48,937 nt of DNA from Bdellovibrionota bacterium (GTDB lineage: Bacteria; Bdellovibrionota_C; UBA2361; OMII01): positions 1 to 48,937 of the forward strand of contig JBIIYC010000001.1 in the NCBI GenBank assembly GCA_044347025.1, written 5' to 3'. This document shows, one piece after another, positions 45,986-48,937 of the stretch (positions are counted from its first letter, which is position 1; every line of letters begins with the position of its first letter). The translations under genes and the position numbers were made by a program. The notes under the pieces are model-generated. The model was not told the origin of the DNA. It made no database searches and saw nothing but the letters and a program-made list of their open reading frames with translations.

Positions 45986-46804
45986 GTGACCACCACCGCA
46001 CCAAAGCACGAGCAGCAGGCAAGCACCACAACATCACGAAATATCTTCGAAGACCCCGCGATTAGCGAAGCAGCAAAAAACGATGCGTTCGTCCGGTTCA
46101 TCGCGCGGAATTGGCGTTCCGCACTACTCACCCTTGTCGTCGTTGCAGGGGCCATGGTTGCCTACAACATCTTTACAACAACCGCAGCTCAGAAGCGCGG
46201 TGATGCGACGGCGCGCCTCAGCGAAATTCAGGATACCTACAAGGCCATAGTCACTAAGCAAGATGAGCTTGAGAGCGTGCGAACAGAGCAGCAGAAGAGC
46301 TCCGATCAAAAAGCGAAAGATGAGGCGGGTGCGAAGCTAGAGGCCGGCAGTAAAGAGCTTGAGCAGCTCCGTGAAAAGATCTCGTTAATGATAGCGGCGC
46401 TCGAATCGCCACATCCGTTCGATACCCTGGCTAATCTGTATCGGGGCCTTGTTGCTGGCCGTTTCCGTGACTATGAGACGACTAATTCAATTCTCGTAAG
46501 CAACTCTTGGGAGAAGGCTGGTAAAGAGGGGAGTCCAGAGCGGTCGATCGCAGAGGTTGTAGCCCTCGGATTGGCAAAGACCCTGGTAGAGTCGGATGCC
46601 TACCGCCAAACCGCCAAGCAGACGCTGCAAGCTCTTGCTGAGCGCGGCAGCTTTGTGGCGGTAGAGGCCGTCGATGCGTTGTCACTACTTGCAACAACCC
46701 CCGAGGAGAAGGCGAGTGTTGCGGGCCTCATCGCCGAGGTGAAGAAGAGATTTCCGGTTCAAGAAAAATACCTGAGCGACGCAACGGCTCGGGTTACCCA
46801 GTAA
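45986..46804 (+). CDS. Membrane-anchored helical (YfgM/TPR-like) protein
   Basis: 272 aa with a GTG start, a single transmembrane helix (ALLTLVVVAGAMVAYNIF) and then an all-helical periplasmic region. The family assignment is tentative. Confidence 0.45.
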   Translation: MTTTAPKHEQQASTTTSRNIFEDPAISEAAKNDAFVRFIARNWRSALLTLVVVAGAMVAYNIFTTTAAQKRGDATARLSEIQDTYKAIVTKQDELESVRTEQQKSSDQKAKDEAGAKLEAGSKELEQLREKISLMIAALESPHPFDTLANLYRGLVAGRFRDYETTNSILVSNSWEKAGKEGSPERSIAEVVALGLAKTLVESDAYRQTAKQTLQALAERGSFVAVEAVDALSLLATTPEEKASVAGLIAEVKKRFPVQEKYLSDATARVTQ

Positions 46805-46831
46805 TGTTACGAATCAGTAAAGAGGCGACGT

Positions 46832-47224
46832 TTGAGCAAGCGTGGACTAAGAGCGCGTAACAACCATCTTCCTCAGGTGCGACTGGCACGTAACGCGTTT
46901 CATCTTGCGGTTGCTACCTTGTTTGTAGTCGCGGTCTCGGCGCGGGTTTCTGCGGAGGTAGTAGTTCCCTCTGACACGGCGGCGCCGGCGCAAACGGTTG
47001 CTGCGACGGCGACGGAAACGGCTTTTAGAGCTGCTGTCAGCCGGGCGTTTATGAACTGTCTCCGTGATGTTGACGAAAGCGAAGCCGAGCTACAATCGAA
47101 TCCGAGGGCAAAAGAGAGTGAGGTCCAGTACTTAAAGAAGTACTGCGAGAGCCGCCGCGAAAGTTGCATTGTACACGGCGAAGATGCCCAGTGTAAGCTA
47201 TTCATCGAAGATTATCGGCAATAG
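46832..47224 (+). CDS. Small secreted protein, function unknown
   Basis: 130 aa. The TTG start has AGAGG 8 nt upstream. Signal peptide: AFHLAVATLFVVAVSARVSA|E. The C-terminal half contains 4 Cys. Confidence 0.45.
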   Translation: MSKRGLRARNNHLPQVRLARNAFHLAVATLFVVAVSARVSAEVVVPSDTAAPAQTVAATATETAFRAAVSRAFMNCLRDVDESEAELQSNPRAKESEVQYLKKYCESRRESCIVHGEDAQCKLFIEDYRQ

Positions 47225-47297
47225 CCTATAGCTGTGGGTGGTTCACATATGAGTTTCGTATGTGGTGCTGGGGCCGAAATAGATACGTGAGAGTGGG

Positions 47298-48224
47298 ATG
47301 GTTCGGACGCTTTTTCCTCAGAGAGTTGTTATTCGCGAAGTGGGCCCACGCGAGGGATTTCAAGCGTTTCCCAAGGTCGTTGCGACGGACCGCAAAGTCG
47401 ACCTCATACATGCATTAGTCCAGGCGGGATTGCGTGATGTCGAGGTCACATCGTTCGTGCGCCCCGACAAGGTTCCGCAGCTCGCCGATGCTGAAGAGCT
47501 CGTAGTGCGCTTGCCTTCCAATTCTCAAGTTCGATTTACCGCGCTCTACCTAAATAAGCGGGGCTTTGAGCGTGCTGAAGCTGCGGCTACGTTGTCAAAC
47601 CAGGGGTGGTTGTATACATCTCCGAGTCAGAGCTTCCTACGAGCAAATAGTAATACGACTATCGAAGAATCACTTCGGGACGTGACTTCGTGGTGTTCTC
47701 TCTTTCGTGCGCATAAAAAGAGGGTATATGGCCTGATGGTCTCCACGGCCTTCGGCTGCGCGTACGAAGGAGCTATCTCACCCCACGTTGTGGTGGATCT
47801 CATTTCTCAGTATCTGGATGCTCTCAGACGCGAAGGGGAGCTGCCTGCGGAGATATGTCTGGCAGACACAGTTGGTATGGCAGATCCCCTCTCCTTGGAG
47901 CGCTGCATCTCGGCTGTCCGGGGACTTGGTATCCCTGTTTCTCTGCACCTGCATGATACGCGAGGGCTGGGGCTAACGAATAGTTACGTGGCGTTGCAGT
48001 TGGGGGTAACGACCTTTGAAACTTCAATAGGCGGCATCGGTGGGTGTCCATTTACACCGGGCGCTGCCGGGAATGTAGCCACCGAGGATCTGGTGTACCT
48101 CTGCCGATCGCTCGGAATCGAAACGGGACTCGACTTAGAAGGGCTATGCGCGGCAGCGAAACTTGCTGAGTTGATTATGGGAGTTCCGCTTCCCGGCCGG
48201 GTCTACAAGGCGATGGGCCGTTAA
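47298..48224 (+). CDS. Hydroxymethylglutaryl-CoA lyase (HMGL-like / DRE-TIM family)
   Basis: IREVGPREGFQ corresponds to EVGPRDGLQ. It also has LADTVGMADP, SLHLHDTRGLGLTN, GGIGGCPF and AGNVATEDL. Confidence 0.85.
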   Translation: MVRTLFPQRVVIREVGPREGFQAFPKVVATDRKVDLIHALVQAGLRDVEVTSFVRPDKVPQLADAEELVVRLPSNSQVRFTALYLNKRGFERAEAAATLSNQGWLYTSPSQSFLRANSNTTIEESLRDVTSWCSLFRAHKKRVYGLMVSTAFGCAYEGAISPHVVVDLISQYLDALRREGELPAEICLADTVGMADPLSLERCISAVRGLGIPVSLHLHDTRGLGLTNSYVALQLGVTTFETSIGGIGGCPFTPGAAGNVATEDLVYLCRSLGIETGLDLEGLCAAAKLAELIMGVPLPGRVYKAMGR

Positions 48225-48405
48225 CAGGCTCGCCTCCATCATACGCCGAGTTCTCGCAAGTGGTTATGAACACATAGGATTTGTGTGTGCCTGCAAACTC
48301 ATATTGCTGAACTGCTCGGAGCGCGTTGTAATGCACAATTGAAATTGCGGTAAAGAGTGATTACAAACCAGACAAGGCCTCGCACGAAATAAATGTGAGG
48401 AGTTT

Positions 48406-48705
48406 ATGTATTGTATGGATAACTTCTTTGTCCCCTACACAGGTAAAAGACCGGCGTCGGTGTGTATCAACGGCCACCGCCTTGTCATCTTGGCGCACGA
48501 AAAAGACATGTTAGAAGAGGATCTCGACCTCTTAGGTGCCGATCGTATTAAAAAAGTGAAGCTGGGTAGTTCCGATGTTGAACAAGAGGAGTTCCTCGGC
48601 AAAATAGCGCGTCAGGTCGATGGTGGTGTCGTCATAGCCCCGTCGGGTGTCGACCTGAAGGATGTTCTTAAGAACCTTGAGAGTGAGCTGCCCTGGTTGC
48701 AGTAG
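48406..48705 (+). CDS. Hypothetical small protein
   Basis: 99-aa ORF. GAGGAG lies 5 nt upstream of the ATG. It follows an AT-richer intergenic region. No motif recognised. Confidence 0.4.
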   Translation: MYCMDNFFVPYTGKRPASVCINGHRLVILAHEKDMLEEDLDLLGADRIKKVKLGSSDVEQEEFLGKIARQVDGGVVIAPSGVDLKDVLKNLESELPWLQ

Positions 48706-48937
48706 TTACACCTCGGTACGGATTGCTGTGAACGCGAGCGTGCCAGCTGACTGCAGGGCCGAGAGTGGGCAGCTCTAATGCACAGGTGGTATTTTTGTTG
48801 TGGGTCTTCGACGTTTTTAGTGGGTGCTTTTTGATGATATCGGGCCGTTCACGCGCGCGTAATAACCTCGTTTTTAGCTGAAAACTAAGCGGGTTATGCC
48901 GTAGATCTGCCCCGCTAGTACCCACTAATTCCGTCGA

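Noticed and set aside
48868-48900. GTTTTTAGCTGAAAACTAAGC resembles the repeat:anti-repeat/tetraloop part of a Cas9 guide scaffold
   Set aside because: There is no CRISPR array, no cas gene and no downstream nexus or terminator hairpins in the window. The stem is only 4 bp. This is treated as a coincidental resemblance and folded into the structured-tail observation.
1-48937. Scan for CRISPR arrays, integrases/transposases, reverse transcriptases, toxin-antitoxin pairs and known defence operons
   Set aside because: No regularly spaced direct repeats were found. No ORF carries recombinase, DDE, RT or typical defence-system motifs. The window reads as core chromosome punctuated by small non-autonomous repeats.

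Overview
This looks like a chromosomal segment of a Gram-negative bacterium. Evidence for that is lipobox lipoproteins, NagZ, a flagellar cap protein and polyprenyl-phosphate glycan genes. Lineage cannot be fixed from sequence alone, and many proteins look divergent.

I call 47 CDS and 3 tRNAs (Ala-GGC, Pro-GGG, Leu-CAA). The recognisable content includes:
- an N-degron proteolysis module (aat, clpS, clpA);
- nagZ, a CheY-like receiver, plsC, ribH, cysS, miaB, an ABC-F ATPase, HMG-CoA lyase and a Zn alcohol dehydrogenase;
- an orphan fliD and a divergent RNase II/R-like protein;
- a same-strand run of DEAH helicase, DUF2256 zinc-ribbon ORF, Fe-S (6-4)-type photolyase and CPD photolyase;
- a GT2 / polytopic membrane protein / NodU-type carbamoyltransferase / SxtJ module;
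- a five-enzyme glycan initiation cluster (three GT4, a GtrB/ArnC-like GT2 and a WcaJ-type phosphotransferase).

The most striking structure not explained by genes is a family of near-palindromic, MITE-like repeats. They are about 180-250 nt long, with one 58-nt mini derivative. Their terminal inverted repeats read CAGGGTGGTGA(A)nGG and they are flanked by CTAG/YTAR tetranucleotides. Five copies occur in the window (3285, 14701, 20463, 23076, 32931). Every copy sits at or within about 10 nt of a stop codon, and three overlap the stop codon itself. No transposase, CRISPR array, integrase, reverse transcriptase or recognisable defence operon was seen.

All functional calls come from motif recognition in the supplied translations and from reading the DNA by eye. 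No database search was run.
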